Assembly (NCBI RefSeq): GCF_020745735.1
Contig: NC_083409.1
Coordinates: forward strand, 18,062,341 to 18,126,340
DNA length: 64,000 nt
Direction: 5' to 3'
From: Hemiscyllium ocellatum
Lineage: Eukaryota
Positions 1-11,479 of the stretch are shown in pieces. Within the stretch, counting starts at the first letter, position 1, and the number at the start of each line of letters is the position of its first letter. The position numbers and the translations under genes are program-made. The notes beneath the pieces were generated by a model that saw only the letters and a program-made list of their open reading frames with translations, was not told where the DNA came from and ran no database searches.

Positions 1-295
1 GTGCAAGTTTGGATACAGGCTGCAGAATTTTGGATGAGCTGAAGGATACGGAGGGCAGTGGCTGTGATGTGCATCAGCCATTGGAATGGTCATGTTTGGA
101 GCCCCATAAACCTGGCTGAGATTTTCAGTGGCTGATCTTTGTGATATGAAAGATATGGGGCTTAGATGATTCTCAAACATGAGACCCAGTTTGTAAAGAG
201 TCTGGTTGAGCAGCAGATAGTGCTCAGGGGGAGGGATGGAGTTTATAACAGGATCTGAAGAGGATGGCTTTGATCTTCCCAATATGTTTCACAAT
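1..295 (-). mobile_element. Decayed L2-like LINE fragment, shared with the opposite arm of the duplication
   Basis: Reverse complement aligns to 53550-53850, whose + strand resembles the C-terminal part of an L2-type RT ORF. Confidence 0.5.
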
Positions 296-300
296 GAGCT

Positions 301-550
301 TGGCTCCTCAGTCCTGACTGCTCTTAGCTGCTGTGATTGTCACTGATCGTACACTTATTATTAGAGATTCTGACCACAGCAGAAAGCCCCAGTGTAAAAA
401 ATAACTGCAAAGACTGTCAGATCGCAAGGTTGAAACTTCACAAAAAAGAGGAAGTGAAAGAAGGAGCTCGGAGCAGCTGGGTGTTTGTTACTGAGACGGG
501 AGAAAACTGTGAACCATCTTCACTCCCTGGAATCTGACAGCACAGGAGGC
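301..550 (+). promoter_or_regulatory. Conserved upstream element of cluster A (candidate B-cell enhancer): Ets-IRF composite site plus E-box
   Basis: GGAAGTGAAA at 450-459 and CAGCTG at 474-479. About 93% identical by manual count to the reverse complement of ~53300-53550, clearly more than the adjacent shared LINE. Confidence 0.6.
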
Positions 551-869
551 TGGTTCTAGGATTTATTTTTTGCAGAAACAGCACAGTTTTGGAAAAGGTG
601 TCAGTCACTCTCTCACAAACACACACGCCTGCACTCGGAGATCAGAAACAGAATCCAGCAGCAGCTCTGTCTCCAAGCTGTGAAACCTGCACAGAATTGT
701 TCCCTCATTCAGTTTATAACTGGCAGGATAGACCAAGCAGGGGAGGCAACACAGTGGTGTGTACAGTCAGAAAGGAGTTGCCCTGGGAGTCCTCACCATT
801 AACTATGGAACCCATGAAGCCTCATGACAGCAGGTCAAACATGGGGAAGGAAACCTCCTGCTGATTACC

Positions 870-1200
870 ACATAGCACCGCCCTCCCCTCCAACCTCAAC
901 TGAGCAGTCAGTCCTCCTCCATGTTGAACAACACTTGGTGGGAGCACTGAGGGAGGGAATGATGCCGGATATACCCTGAGTAAGGGACTTCAAAGCCCAC
1001 CATCAAGAGCTGCTCAGAAGCATCACTACTGAGCAAGCTGGTCAAGTCCACCTGATTCAGATGCTCGACTGGACCTGGGACAGGGGGTGAGGCAACCAAC
1101 AAGAGGGAAAAACATACTCACTATCACCCTCACCAACCTGCCTGCTGTTGGTGTATCTGTCCATGACAGTATCAGTAAGAGTGACCGCCGCACAGTCCGT
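870..1200 (+). mobile_element. Non-LTR retrotransposon fragment (APE endonuclease region)
   Basis: Similar to repeat segments at ~51350-51700 and ~23810-23895 (ctcctccatgttgaacaacac...gcactgaggg). Confidence 0.45.
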
Positions 1201-2540
1201 GTGGAGACAAAATCCTGTCTTCCCTTTGAGATTATCTTACATTCTGTTGGGCAAGAGATATGGAATGTCAGAAAGAACTTTGATTTTAGCAGGAATTGGC
1301 AAAGTCTTGGAAATTAGTGCCCATTCAGGTGAGACAGGTGAAGACACTCAGTGATTGCAATGGCAGATTGGATGGGCTCTTGATGGAAATAAACCTGCAA
1401 GGCCCTGGGGGTCGAGTAGGGGAGGGGGTGGGACTGACTGGATTGCTCCATGAAATGACAGCATTTCCCTGACAGGCTGAATGTTCCCCCCTGTGCTGGA
1501 AATAGGTCTCACTCAATGAGGGATTCACAATTAGAGAGTTTGGATGCAGTAAATACAGGACAAATTGTTTCTCCAGGCAGGAGGGTCAGTAACCCAAGGG
1601 CACACATTTCAGAAAGAGTCGAAAGCACAAGAGAGAAGATAGGAACATTTTTTATCCAGCGAGTTCATGATGACTGTCTGCAAGGTGAGTGGAAGTGGAT
1701 TCAACAGCAACTTTGAAAAGGGCATTTGGAGAAATAGCTGAAAAGGAAATAATTGCAGGGTTATCCAGGAAGGGCTGGGGAAATGGGACTCATTGGACTC
1801 ATTTGACTAACAGTCACAATCAGCCCAGTGACCTCTGTCTGTGCTATTTTAGAGCTTACACACACTTAGACTCACCTTTACACAAAGACTGGGAGAAACA
1901 GACAACCCAGTTTACAGAAGAGTGTTTTCTCAAGGGAAACTCTCTTGAACCAACTCAAGGAACAGGCCAGACTAGATTTACTGATGAGGAAGAATTCAGC
2001 AAATCAATGGCAAGGGAACAGTGAACCAAAGTGATGGGATTGAACAGTATATTCAATAGCACAACCATTGAGAGGGGGAGGGATCAAGGGCAGGAGGTCA
2101 GAGAGCATGCTGTAGGGGTCTGAATGCTCTGCTGTCAATGGTGGGTTGGAGCAAGTAGCAATGGGCAGGAGACCAGAGACAGAAGATGAAAGGGGGAGGG
2201 AGGGAATGTGAGTCTGCAGCAGGACACAGATGGAGGGAGGGGGGAGGCCATGGAGGCAATTGGCTAGCAGTGAGGTCAGGGGTCATTCTGGAATGACAGA
2301 TGGATAAGACAGGGAAGGGCGCACTCCATATCAGACAAGTTGGAGTTTATGGAATATGGCTTTAGGAAGCTGGGACAGGACATTGGAATCATAGATTTAG
2401 GGGGCAGGACGAGCAGGAATTAGGGTTTCTGTGGTCAAGGGGCCGAGGTAACGCAGAGACAATGTTGTTGAGATTGAAATAAGAGACCTACATGATGGAG
2501 AGGATGTCGGAGTTGTAGCTCAGGTGCTGGCCAGTCCTGA

Positions 2541-2685
2541 GGGAAGGAGGACCATGTTTACTAGTCTCTTCTGGAGCATCCAATGGGAAGGAGGTCCCTG
2601 TTTATTGGTGTCTATTGGAGGTTCCAGTGGAAAGAGGTCCATGTTTACTGGTTCTATGGGAAAGTGTCCCATGTATATATCACCA
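2541..2685. repeat. ~44-bp minisatellite, first part
   Basis: About 3 degenerate copies of ggaaggaggtccatgtttactggtctctattggaggttccagt. Confidence 0.75.
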
Positions 2686-2689
2686 AAGA

Positions 2690-3910
2690 GTCATAGAGGT
2701 TTACAGCATGGGATCAGGCCGTTCAGCTCAAATCATCCATGCCGACCAAGTATCCAAAACTGAACTAGTCCCATTTGCATGTGTTTGGCCCAATTCTCTC
2801 TAATCTTTCCTATCCGTGTTCCTGTAAAAATGTCCTTGAAATGTAGTAATTGTACTCACCTCTACGAATTCTTCTGTCAGCTCATTACACATACACACTA
2901 ACCTCTGTGTGAAAATGTTGCCCCTCAGTTTCCTACTAATTCTTTCCCCTCTCAACTTAAACCTACTCCTTCTAGTACTGGACTCTCCTACCCTGGGGAA
3001 AAGACTTTGACTATTCACCTTATCTATGACCCTCCTAATTCCACAACCTCTATAAGGTCACCCCTCAATCTCCTGCATTCCCTGGAAAAACATCTTGGCC
3101 TATTCATCCTCATCTTGTAATTCAAATCCTCCAATCTTGATAACATCCCTGTTAATCTTTCTTTTATTCAAACCACTGTCATAACTTCCTTCCTATAGCA
3201 GGGTAAGCAGAAATATACTGTGTCCAAATGTGGCCTTCCCAATGCCTTGTACAGCTGTAACATGATGTCCCAGCTCCTGTACTCCCTGCTTTGACCAGTG
3301 AAGATGGTGTGCCAAATACCTTCTTCACCACCCTGTCTACCTGTGACACCACTTCCAAGGAACTATGTACCTGTACCCCTCAGTCTCTCTGTTCAACAAC
3401 ACTCCCCATGGCTCTACCATTAATTGTGTAATTTCTGCCCTGATTTGTCTTCCCAAAATGCAACTCCTTCCATTTATCAAAATTTCCATCTGGATTTGTT
3501 GATCCACTGGCCCAGTTGATCAAGATGACATTGCACTCTTGGATAACCTTCTTCCCTGTCCACTATGCCAACAATTTTAACATCAGCCACAAACTTACTG
3601 ACCATTCCTGCTATTTTCTCATCCAAATTGTTCACATAAAATATGAACAACAGTGGATCCATGATCGATTCTTGTGACAGACAGTTGGTCACTGGCCTCC
3701 AGTCTGAAGAACAACCCTCTCTCACCAGCCTCAGCCTCCTATCATCAGGCCAATTTCATATCCAATTGGTGAGCTGTCCCTGGATCCTATGTGATATAAT
3801 CTTACTGAGCAGTCTACCATAGGGAACCTTGTATTAACTCCATGTAGACAGAGTGTACTACTCTATCTTTACCTATCTTCTTGCTTCCTTCTTCAAAAAC
3901 TCAACCATCT
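2690..3910 (-). mobile_element. CR1/HER1-type LINE, 3' RT portion, decayed
   Basis: Minus-strand translations show CR1 RT motifs (DPLLFIFYVNNLD, SKFVADVKI) and the typical 3' end (FTQRLVCMCNEL). Confidence 0.8.
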
Positions 3911-3919
3911 ACTCATCTC

Positions 3920-4200
3920 CATTGGAAGTTCCAGTGATTAGGAGGCCCATATTTACTGGTCTGTCTTGGAGGATCCAGTCAGAAGGAGATCCATGGTTAC
4001 TGGTCTGTGTTGGAGGTTCCAGCAGGAAGGAGGTCCATGTTTACTGGTCTTTACTAGACGATCCAGTCCGAAAGAGGTACATGTTTACTGGTCTCCTTTG
4101 GAGAGTCCAGTCAGAAGGAGACCAATGTTTACTGGTCTCTAGTGGAGGCTCCTGCAGGAAGGAGGTCATGTTTACTGGATTCTGTAGGAGAGTCCAGTGC
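3920..4200. repeat. ~44-bp minisatellite, second part
   Basis: About 6 copies of the same unit as 2541-2685. Confidence 0.8.
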
Positions 4201-4715
4201 ATCATGGACTCCAAGGTGAGTGTGGGGTTCAGTTCCTTTCTGTTGTAACTGTATAATGGTTCAACCCGTATCCCAGTAAAACACCCTGACTCAGAGACTG
4301 ATCATGGAAAGGGAAGGAGAGGGGTAGGAGAGGGGAAGGGATTGGAAAATGTTGTGAATGGACATGCTGGATCAGGGGGTCAGATCTTGTGCTTTCCCTC
4401 CAGCTCACACTGATGGCCTGAGGATTTCCTCTCTCTGCTGGGCCTTCATGGAATGAGCTTTGTGTCCAAACCAGTCCCCAGTGAGAACAGGCCAACAGCA
4501 CAGAACTGCCCTTCATTTGACAAGAATCTAGCCATCTTTCTGAGAGAGGCCAAATCCAGGTCAATGTGGAAAATGGGGCCTTACTCCAGGAGAAAACATG
4601 CTTCTGGGGTCAAGGGCTACCATCCATGAGTGGGGCAGAGAGAGGGAGATTCATCCTGAATTCAACTGCCACAACCTGGGACACTGTGAGAAAGAGAGAG
4701 AAGTGAGTCAGAGAC

Positions 4716-5037
4716 GTGGGCGGCATGGTGGCACAGTGGGCGGCACGGTGGCACAGTGGTTAGCACTGCTGCCTCACAGCGCCTGAGACCCGGGTTCAAT
4801 TCCCGACTCAGGCGACTGACTGTGTGGAGTTTGCACGTTCTCCCCGTGTCTGCGTGAGTTTCCTCCGGGTGCTCCGGTTTCCTCCCACAGTCACAAAGAT
4901 GTGCGGGTCAGGTGAATTGGCCATGCTAAAATTGCCCGTAGTGTTAGGTAAGGGGTAAATGTAGGGGTATGGGTGGGTTGCGCTTCGGCGGGTCGGTGTG
5001 GACTTGTTGGGCCGAAGGGCCTGTTTCCACACTGTAA
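4716..5037 (+). mobile_element. HE1 SINE (tRNA-derived) with a duplicated 20-bp 5' head
   Basis: gggcggcacggtggcacagtggttagcactgc (A box) ... gggttcaattcccg (B box) ... gggcctgtttccacactgtaa matches the elasmobranch HE1 layout. It ends at the gap. Confidence 0.9.
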
Positions 5038-5165
5038 NNNNNNNNNNNNNNNNNNNNNNNNNNNNNNNNNNNNNNNNNNNNNNNNNNNNNNNNNNNNNNN
5101 NNNNNNNNNNNNNNNNNNNNNNNNNNNNNNNNNNNNNNNNNNNNNNNNNNNNNNNNNNNNNNNNN
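5038..5165. other. Assembly gap (128 N)
   Basis: Run of N. Confidence 1.
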
Positions 5166-5479
5166 AAAACAGAATGACAGAGAGGGAGGGAGTACGATTG
5201 TAGATTTGGGAATACAGAGAGGGAGGGAGAGAGACAGAGGGAGGTATGGAGAGGAGAGATAACAGAGGATCTAAATTGAAGCGAGAGAGGGAAGGAGTTA
5301 TGGAGACAGTGAGAGATGGAAAAATAAAGATTATGAGATGGAGTGAGAAAGCATAAGTGAATTGGGGAGAGTGGCTATGAGACAGAGTGAGAGAGAGCGA
5401 GAACATGAAAGAGATTAATAGTAGGAGAGAGAGGGATAGAGAGTAAGAAGTGGCAGATGTGAGACAGAGAGAGAGAGAG

Positions 5480-6360
5480 GTGGATAGGTCCTGGTCACCA
5501 CATTCTGAGAAGGATGTGATTGTACTTGAGAGGGTGCAGAGATTTACCAAGATGCTGCCTGGGATGGAGGGTCAGCTGTGGATAAATCTTGGAAAGGTTG
5601 GGATTGTTTCCTTGAAGCAGTGAAGGCTGAGAGGGGACATGATAGAGGGGGATAAGATTATTTGGGGCAGTGATACCGTGGGTAAGAAGGCACTTTATAT
5701 ATCAGTAAAGGACTCAATAACCTGTGTCCCAGGTAACACAGACATGGACACATAGAAGCTCGGAACTGGAGTAGGCCTTTTGGCCCTTTGAGTCTGCTCT
5801 GTCATTCATTATGATCATGGCTGATCCTCTCTCTCAAAACCATATTCCTGCTTTCTCCCCATTCCCTTCATGCTGTTAAAATGCAAAACAATTATCTCTC
5901 TCTTTTTCTTGAATTTATTCAGTTCCTTGGGTTCCACAGTTGTCCTACCCTTTGAGTGAAGAAATGTTTCCTCATCTCAGTCCAAAATGGTCTACCCTGT
6001 ATCCCCCTGAGACTGGGTCCCCTGATTCCAGACTTCCCAACCAGGGGAAACCTCCTCTCTGCCCAGCCCTGTTAGAATTTTATACATCTCAATCAGATTC
6101 CCTCTCATCCTTCTTAACTTGAGTGAGTCCAGGCCCAGTCAAATTGGAGTGAGAGGAGAATTGAGGAGAAATGTTTTCACCCAGAGGGTGGTGGGAGTCT
6201 GGAACTCACTGCCTGAAAGGCTGGTTGAGTCACAAACTCTCGTGACATTGGAGCAGTGTTTAGATATTCCCTTGTGTTGCTGTAGCCTCCAGGGTGATGG
6301 GCCAAGAGCTGGAGAATGGGATTAGTGTCATCAGATCTTTGTTTACTCACACGGACACAA
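5480..6360. mobile_element. Nested CR1-type LINE 3' fragments in both orientations
   Basis: Motifs such as FTQRVVGVWNSLPERLVE. Partly mirrored at ~48360-49330. Confidence 0.65.
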
Positions 6361-6441
6361 TGGGCCAAATGGCCTCATTCAATGTTGTTCACATCAATGA
6401 TTCTCAGAGAGAGAGAGAGAGCGAGAGAGGGAGAGAGAGAA

Positions 6442-6538
6442 GAGGAAGTGTGAGGGGCTGACGTGGCTCTCTCTGCCTGATGCCATTTACATACTGAGGA
6501 ACACCCAGTCAGACTCTCACAGGCTGCAGCTTTATAAA
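6442..6538 (+). promoter_or_regulatory. IgL V promoter of cluster A
   Basis: GAGGAAGT (Ets/PU box) 6442-6449, TGACGT 6459-6464, octamer variant ATTTACAT 6485-6492, TATAAA 6533-6538, ATG at 6599. Confidence 0.75.
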
Positions 6539-6598
6539 GCAGAGCCCAGTGAAGGGAGAGTTTATCAGGAACCAGGCACAGGGACAGGAGCACACATC

Positions 6599-6647
6599 AT
6601 GATTTCACACATCCAGTTAATTTGGCCCCTGGCATTCTGTGTTGCAG
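6599..6647 (+). pseudogene. IGKV: Ig kappa-type leader exon, cluster A (MISHIQLIWPLAFCVA, phase-1 GT donor)
   Basis: 49-nt exon followed by GTACAAA. Paralogous to 48093-48141. Confidence 0.9.
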
Positions 6648-6833
6648 GTACAAATCTCTCTCCTTCCACCTTGAATCTTTAGCTTCTCCCCATTCCACTC
6701 CAATTCCACTGACTTGTGATTGAAGGGAAAATGCTGAAACCAGAAGAATGCTCTGTGTCTCCAACAATCTCTCATTTGACAGGCTCTTTCTGTGACAGTT
6801 CTGACTTCACTGTGTTTCTCTCTGACCCCTCAG

Positions 6834-7129
6834 TTATCAGTGGGGACATCATCATGTCCGAGTCTCCCCGGGTGCTGTTAATGGGACTGGGCCAGACTGC
6901 AACCACCACCTGGATGACCAGTCAAAGCATTAGCAGCTACCTTGCTTGGTACCAGCAGTGAGAAGTTCAGAAACCCTCTCTCCTTATCTATGATGGAACA
7001 AATCGATTCACAGGAGTCTCCGATCGATTCACCGGCAGTGGATCAGGGACCAGTTTCACCCTGACAATCAGCAACGTTCAGAATGAAGATGTCGCTGAAT
7101 ATTATTGTCAGCAGTATAGCAGCAGACTT
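6834..7129 (+). pseudogene. IGKV: Ig kappa-type V segment, pseudogene
   Basis: DIIMSESP...[14 protein letters not shown]...[34 protein letters not shown]. First cysteine replaced by TGG (6911-6913) and in-frame TGA at 6959-6961 (CGA in cluster B). Confidence 0.95.
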
Positions 7130-7157
7130 TACAGTGATACAGTGCCATACAAAAACC
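7130..7157 (+). other. 12-bp-spacer RSS with a non-canonical heptamer
   Basis: TACAGTG (7130-7136) + atacagtgccat (12 nt) + ACAAAAACC (7149-7157). Confidence 0.95.
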
Positions 7158-7601
7158 TCAACACGCACAACACCACCTTCTGTACTGACACATCCAACAG
7201 TTATATGAAATGTATAATAATGGACAAACAGTCCCATCTCCTGCACTGACACATCCATAGTTATATATAAAGTAAATTGAGCAAATTACCCCATGCTGGG
7301 TTTGTCACTGTCCACTACACACTCCAGTCCCTGTGGTGTCCACCGCTCACTGAAGGCCTCAAGTTTCCCTCTTACACTCCATGGCCACATGTGAAGAACA
7401 CCTGCAAAATTTAACAATGAAAACTCAATTTCACAAACCCCCGAGAGTAGCTGGACACAACCCCGGAAGACAGAGAGAGAAAGACACATGAATGAGGGAG
7501 AGACAGAGAGGGGTAGGGAGTGAATGAGATTGACCAAGAATAGACAGAGACAGAGAGAGACAGGGAGAGGTTGAGAGTGACAGGGGGAAGCAGAGAGCAG
7601 A

Positions 7602-7640
7602 GGTTTTTATACAGCCTCTGCACTGGGAGCTCTCACTGTG
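7602..7640 (-). other. 23-bp-spacer RSS of J
   Basis: GGTTTTTAT (7602-7610) + 23 nt + CACTGTG (7634-7640). Confidence 0.95.
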
Positions 7641-7675
7641 GTACACGTTTGGTAAAGGAACCAAACTCAGACTGA
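7641..7675 (+). pseudogene. IGKJ: J segment of cluster A ([11 protein letters not shown]) with GC splice donor
   Basis: FGxG motif. The donor position fixed by the paralog (ctga|GTAAGT) reads ctga|GCAAGT here. Confidence 0.92.
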
Positions 7676-8110
7676 GCAAGTAAACCTCAATTGTCTATTA
7701 TTAAACCTGTCAATACTGAAACACACTTTCTAAAACACAAATGCTGAATTGTTGAAGGTGTTAGTGGGGAGCTGCAGTGAATGAAATGGTTGATTGAGTA
7801 GCACTGTGTCGAACAGGGTGTCCAGCTGTATTTCTTTCGTTCCATTGCCCCGCTTAAGCAGCAAGACAGAAGTCAGTAAGTTTTACTCACTGTGTGGAGG
7901 AGCTCTGTCCATTTGCAGCCTGTGGTCCCATTCCTGCAGCATGGAGTGAAATCAGTGAGCAGCCTCCTGCCAGTCTCAGTGTGACAGACACAGGCAGATT
8001 TTGATGTGAGCTCTGGCTCCCTGTCCCAGTCTCTGATCTCACTGACCTCATCATCAGCAGCAGCAGCAGCAGCAGCAGCACAGTGAGACACCGAGCTCCC
8101 ACCTCCCCAG
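7676..8110 (+). promoter_or_regulatory. Conserved J-C intronic block, candidate intronic enhancer
   Basis: Highly similar to ~47140-47582 reversed. CAGCTG 7823-7828, TGTGGT 7921-7926, (CAG)8 8055-8078. Confidence 0.45.
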
Positions 8111-8139
8111 CTTTAACTCTGCTCAATCACACAATCACA

Positions 8140-10200
8140 GAATTGTTACAGTGCACAAGGTGGCCATTCCACCCATCCTGTCTGGACCGGCTCTCTGAAT
8201 GAGCAATTGACTGAGTGTCATTCTCCTGCCTTCTCCCTGTCCCCCTGCACATTGTTCCTTTTCAAATAACAGCCTCATCCCTTCGGAATGTTTTAATTGA
8301 AGCTGCCTCCACCACACTCTCAGGCAGTGCATTCCACACCTTAACCACCCACTGGCTGAAAATGTTGCTCCCCATTTCAATTTTGTTCCTTTTCCCAATT
8401 ACTTTCAATCTGTGGTCTCTTGGTCTGAATCCTTTCTTAATTGGGAACATTTTCTCCCTATTTACTCTGTCCAGGCCCTTCCTGATTTTGAATTCCTTGA
8501 ACAAATCTCCTCTCAGCCTTCTCCAAAGAAGACAGTCCCAAATTCTCCAATCAAACTTCATAACTGATGTTCCTCATCCCTGGAATTATCTTTGAGAACA
8601 ATTTTTGCCATCGCTACAAAACATTCGCCTCCTTCCAGAATTCTTCACATTATCTATGTCCCTCATGATTTTCCAAACCTCTACAAGGTCACTCCTCAGA
8701 ACCTTCCACTTCAGGGTAAGAAGTCTCAGCTTTTCCAGCCGCTCATAGTCATGGAGTCATACAGCGTGGAAACAGACCTTTCAGTCCAACTTGTCCATGC
8801 TAACCAAATATCCTAAACTGACCTCATCCCATTTGCCAGCATTTGGCTTACACCTCTCAAAACCCAACCTATTCATGTACCCATACCAATGTGTTTTAAA
8901 TGCTGTAACTGTATCTGCCTCCAACACTTTCTCTGGCAGCTCAATCCATGACACGCACCACCCTCTGTGTGACAAGTTACCCCTCAGGTCCCTTTTGAAT
9001 CTTTTGCCTCTCACCTTAAAATTATGTCCTCTTGTTCTGGAATCCCTTTCCCACGGAAAAGACCTTGAATATACACCCAGTCCATGCCCGTCATGGTTTT
9101 ATAAACATCTATAACGTCACCCCGAGGCCTTAGATGCTGCAGGGAATATAGCCCCAGTTTCTTCAGCCTTTCCCTGTCGCTCGAACCCTCCAAATCCTGG
9201 CCACATCCTTGTAAGTCTTTTCTGCAGCTTTTTAAGTTTAACAACATCCTTCCTATCTCAGGATAATAGGATTGTTCACATCATTCCCAAAGTGGCCTCA
9301 CCAATCTCCTGTACTGCTGCAACATGATGGTCCAACTCCTGGACTCAATGCAGTGATGAACAAAAGCAAGCAAACCAAACACCTTCTTCATCACCCTGTC
9401 TACCTGTGACCCACTTTCAAGGAATAATGTACCTGCATCTTCACCCCTAGGCCTGTTATTCAGCAACACTCCACAGGGCCCTCCCATTAACTGTATAACT
9501 CCTGCCCTGGTTTGCCTTTCCAAAATGCAACATCTCACATTTATCTAAACTGAACTCCATTTGCCACTCTTCTGCCCATTGCCCCATCTGATCAAGGTCC
9601 TGCTGTACCCTGAGATAATCTTCTTCACTATCCACTGTCCCACCAATTTTGGTGTCATTTACAAACTTACCATAACTCCTATATTCCCATCCAAATCATT
9701 TCTTTAAATGAGGAAAAGCATTTGTGAACTCAGTACCAATCCTTGCGGCACACAACTATTCACAGATCTCCAGTCTGAAAAGCAACCTTTTACCACCACT
9801 CTCTGTCTCCTATCTTCAAGCCAATTTTTTGACTCCAATGGCTCACTCCCCCTGGATCCCATGTGGTCTAGCCTTACTAACCAGTCTATCATGTGGAACC
9901 TTGTCATGTGAAGCCCATATTGACAATGTCTTACTGTTCTGTCTTCATCAATACTTTTTGTCACCTCCTGAATCAAATTCAGGAGACGTGAGTTCCCATG
10001 CACAAAGCCACACTGATTATCCAAACGATGTAAATCCTGTCCCACAGAATCCACTCCAACATCTTACCCAGCACTGACATCAGGCTCACTGGTCTATCGT
10101 TCCCTTGCTTTTCCTTACAGCCTTTCTGAAATAAGGGCATAATCTTAGCCAATCTCTCTGTTTTTCCAGCACCTTATCCATGGTTGCCGATGATACATAT
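8140..10200 (-). mobile_element. Stacked CR1/HER1 LINE fragments, shared with cluster B intron
   Basis: Translations include FSQWVVKVWNALPE, RRLVRPLW and RQRVVVKGCFSDWRSV. Mirror copies at ~44400-47130. Confidence 0.8.
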
Positions 10201-10544
10201 ATCTCAGCAAGGGTCCCAAAAATCTCTTCCCCAGTTGCCACAATGTTCTGGGATACACCTGATCAGGTACTAGGGTTTATCTGTGTTTTAAGATCTTTAG
10301 CGTCTCCTCATTTATATGTGTTCTCTTTTCAAGACATCACTATTTTTCCAAATTCCCTAGCTTTCCCCACAATATATACTGACCTAAAATATTTGTTCAG
10401 GATCTCACCCATCTCTTGTGTCTTACCAAAATATAGCACTCACATTTATCTGAATTAAACTCCATCTGCCATTCCTCAGCCCACTTGCCCAGTTGGTCAA
10501 GATTCCATTGTATTCTTAGATAGCCTTCTTCACTGCCAATGATT

Positions 10545-11180
10545 AGATTAGATTCTCCACAGTGTGGAAACAGGCCCTTCGGCCCAACAAGTCCACACCG
10601 ATCCTCCGAAGAGTAACCCACCCAGACCCATTTCCCTCTCAGTAATGCATCAAACACTATGTTTGATGCATTACTGAGAGGGAAATCTCAGTCGATTCCC
10701 TTGAACTCAGCACCGCCCTCCTAACCTGCAATCTTCTTCCTGACCTCTCTGCCCCCACCCCACTCCGGCCTATCACCCTCACCTTGACCTCCTTCCACCT
10801 ATCACATCTCCATCGCCCCTCCCCCAAGTCCCTCCTCCCTACCTTTTATCTTAGCATGCCTGGCACCCTCTCCTCATTCCCGATGAAGGGCTCTGGCCCG
10901 AAACTTCGAATTTCCTGTTCCTTGGCTGCTGCCTGACCTGCTGTGCTTTAACCAGCAACACATTTTCAGCATCAAACATTATGGATAATTTAGCATGGCC
11001 AATTCACCTGACCTGCACATCTTTGGACTGTGGAAGGAAACCAGAGCACCCGGAGGAAAAACACGCAGACACAGGGAGAATGCGCAAACTCCACACAGAC
11101 AGTCACCCAAGGCTGGAATCGAACCTGGGGCCCTGGTACTATAAGGCTGCAGTGCTAACCACTGAGCCACCGTGCTGACC
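10545..11180 (-). mobile_element. HE1 SINE interrupted by a Penelope-like 3' terminal fragment (~10700-10975)
   Basis: HE1 tail (gattagattag) and 3' part at 10545-10660, HE1 body and head at ~10980-11180. Between them is a Penelope-type end with degenerate ccgatgaagggctctggcccgaaac. Confidence 0.75.
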
Positions 11181-11479
11181 CCCACCCCTGAGCCACCACG
11201 AAGCCACCAATGCCACCTGAAAATTCACCAAAACACACTCTTGCCACTCTGGTCACTATATTCAGAAATTAAAGACCCCCCTCTCCCCCATTTATAACGG
11301 CTCTATCATATTTGCAGGTCTCTGTAAATTCCTTGCATTTGTATTTCTCCACATCCTTCCCACTGGGTGGTGACTTATTGACTACTCTGAGGATTCTGTG
11401 GTCCTTGGTGTTCCTCTCTGATATTTGCCCCTGGCTCCCACAGCCCTGCCAAGTTAGTTTAAACTCTCTCTAACAGTAG

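Noticed and set aside
4736-4810. tRNA-like sequence (also at the other HE1 heads)
   Set aside because: It is the tRNA-derived head of the HE1 SINE and is followed by the SINE body.
7158-7601. D segment or additional RSS between V and J
   Set aside because: No heptamer-nonamer pair was found. The 12/23 V-J arrangement fits a light chain.
7680-7681. GT two codons later as the J donor of cluster A
   Set aside because: It would be phase 2 and give AAG CCG TGA on joining C. The paralog fixes the donor at 7676.
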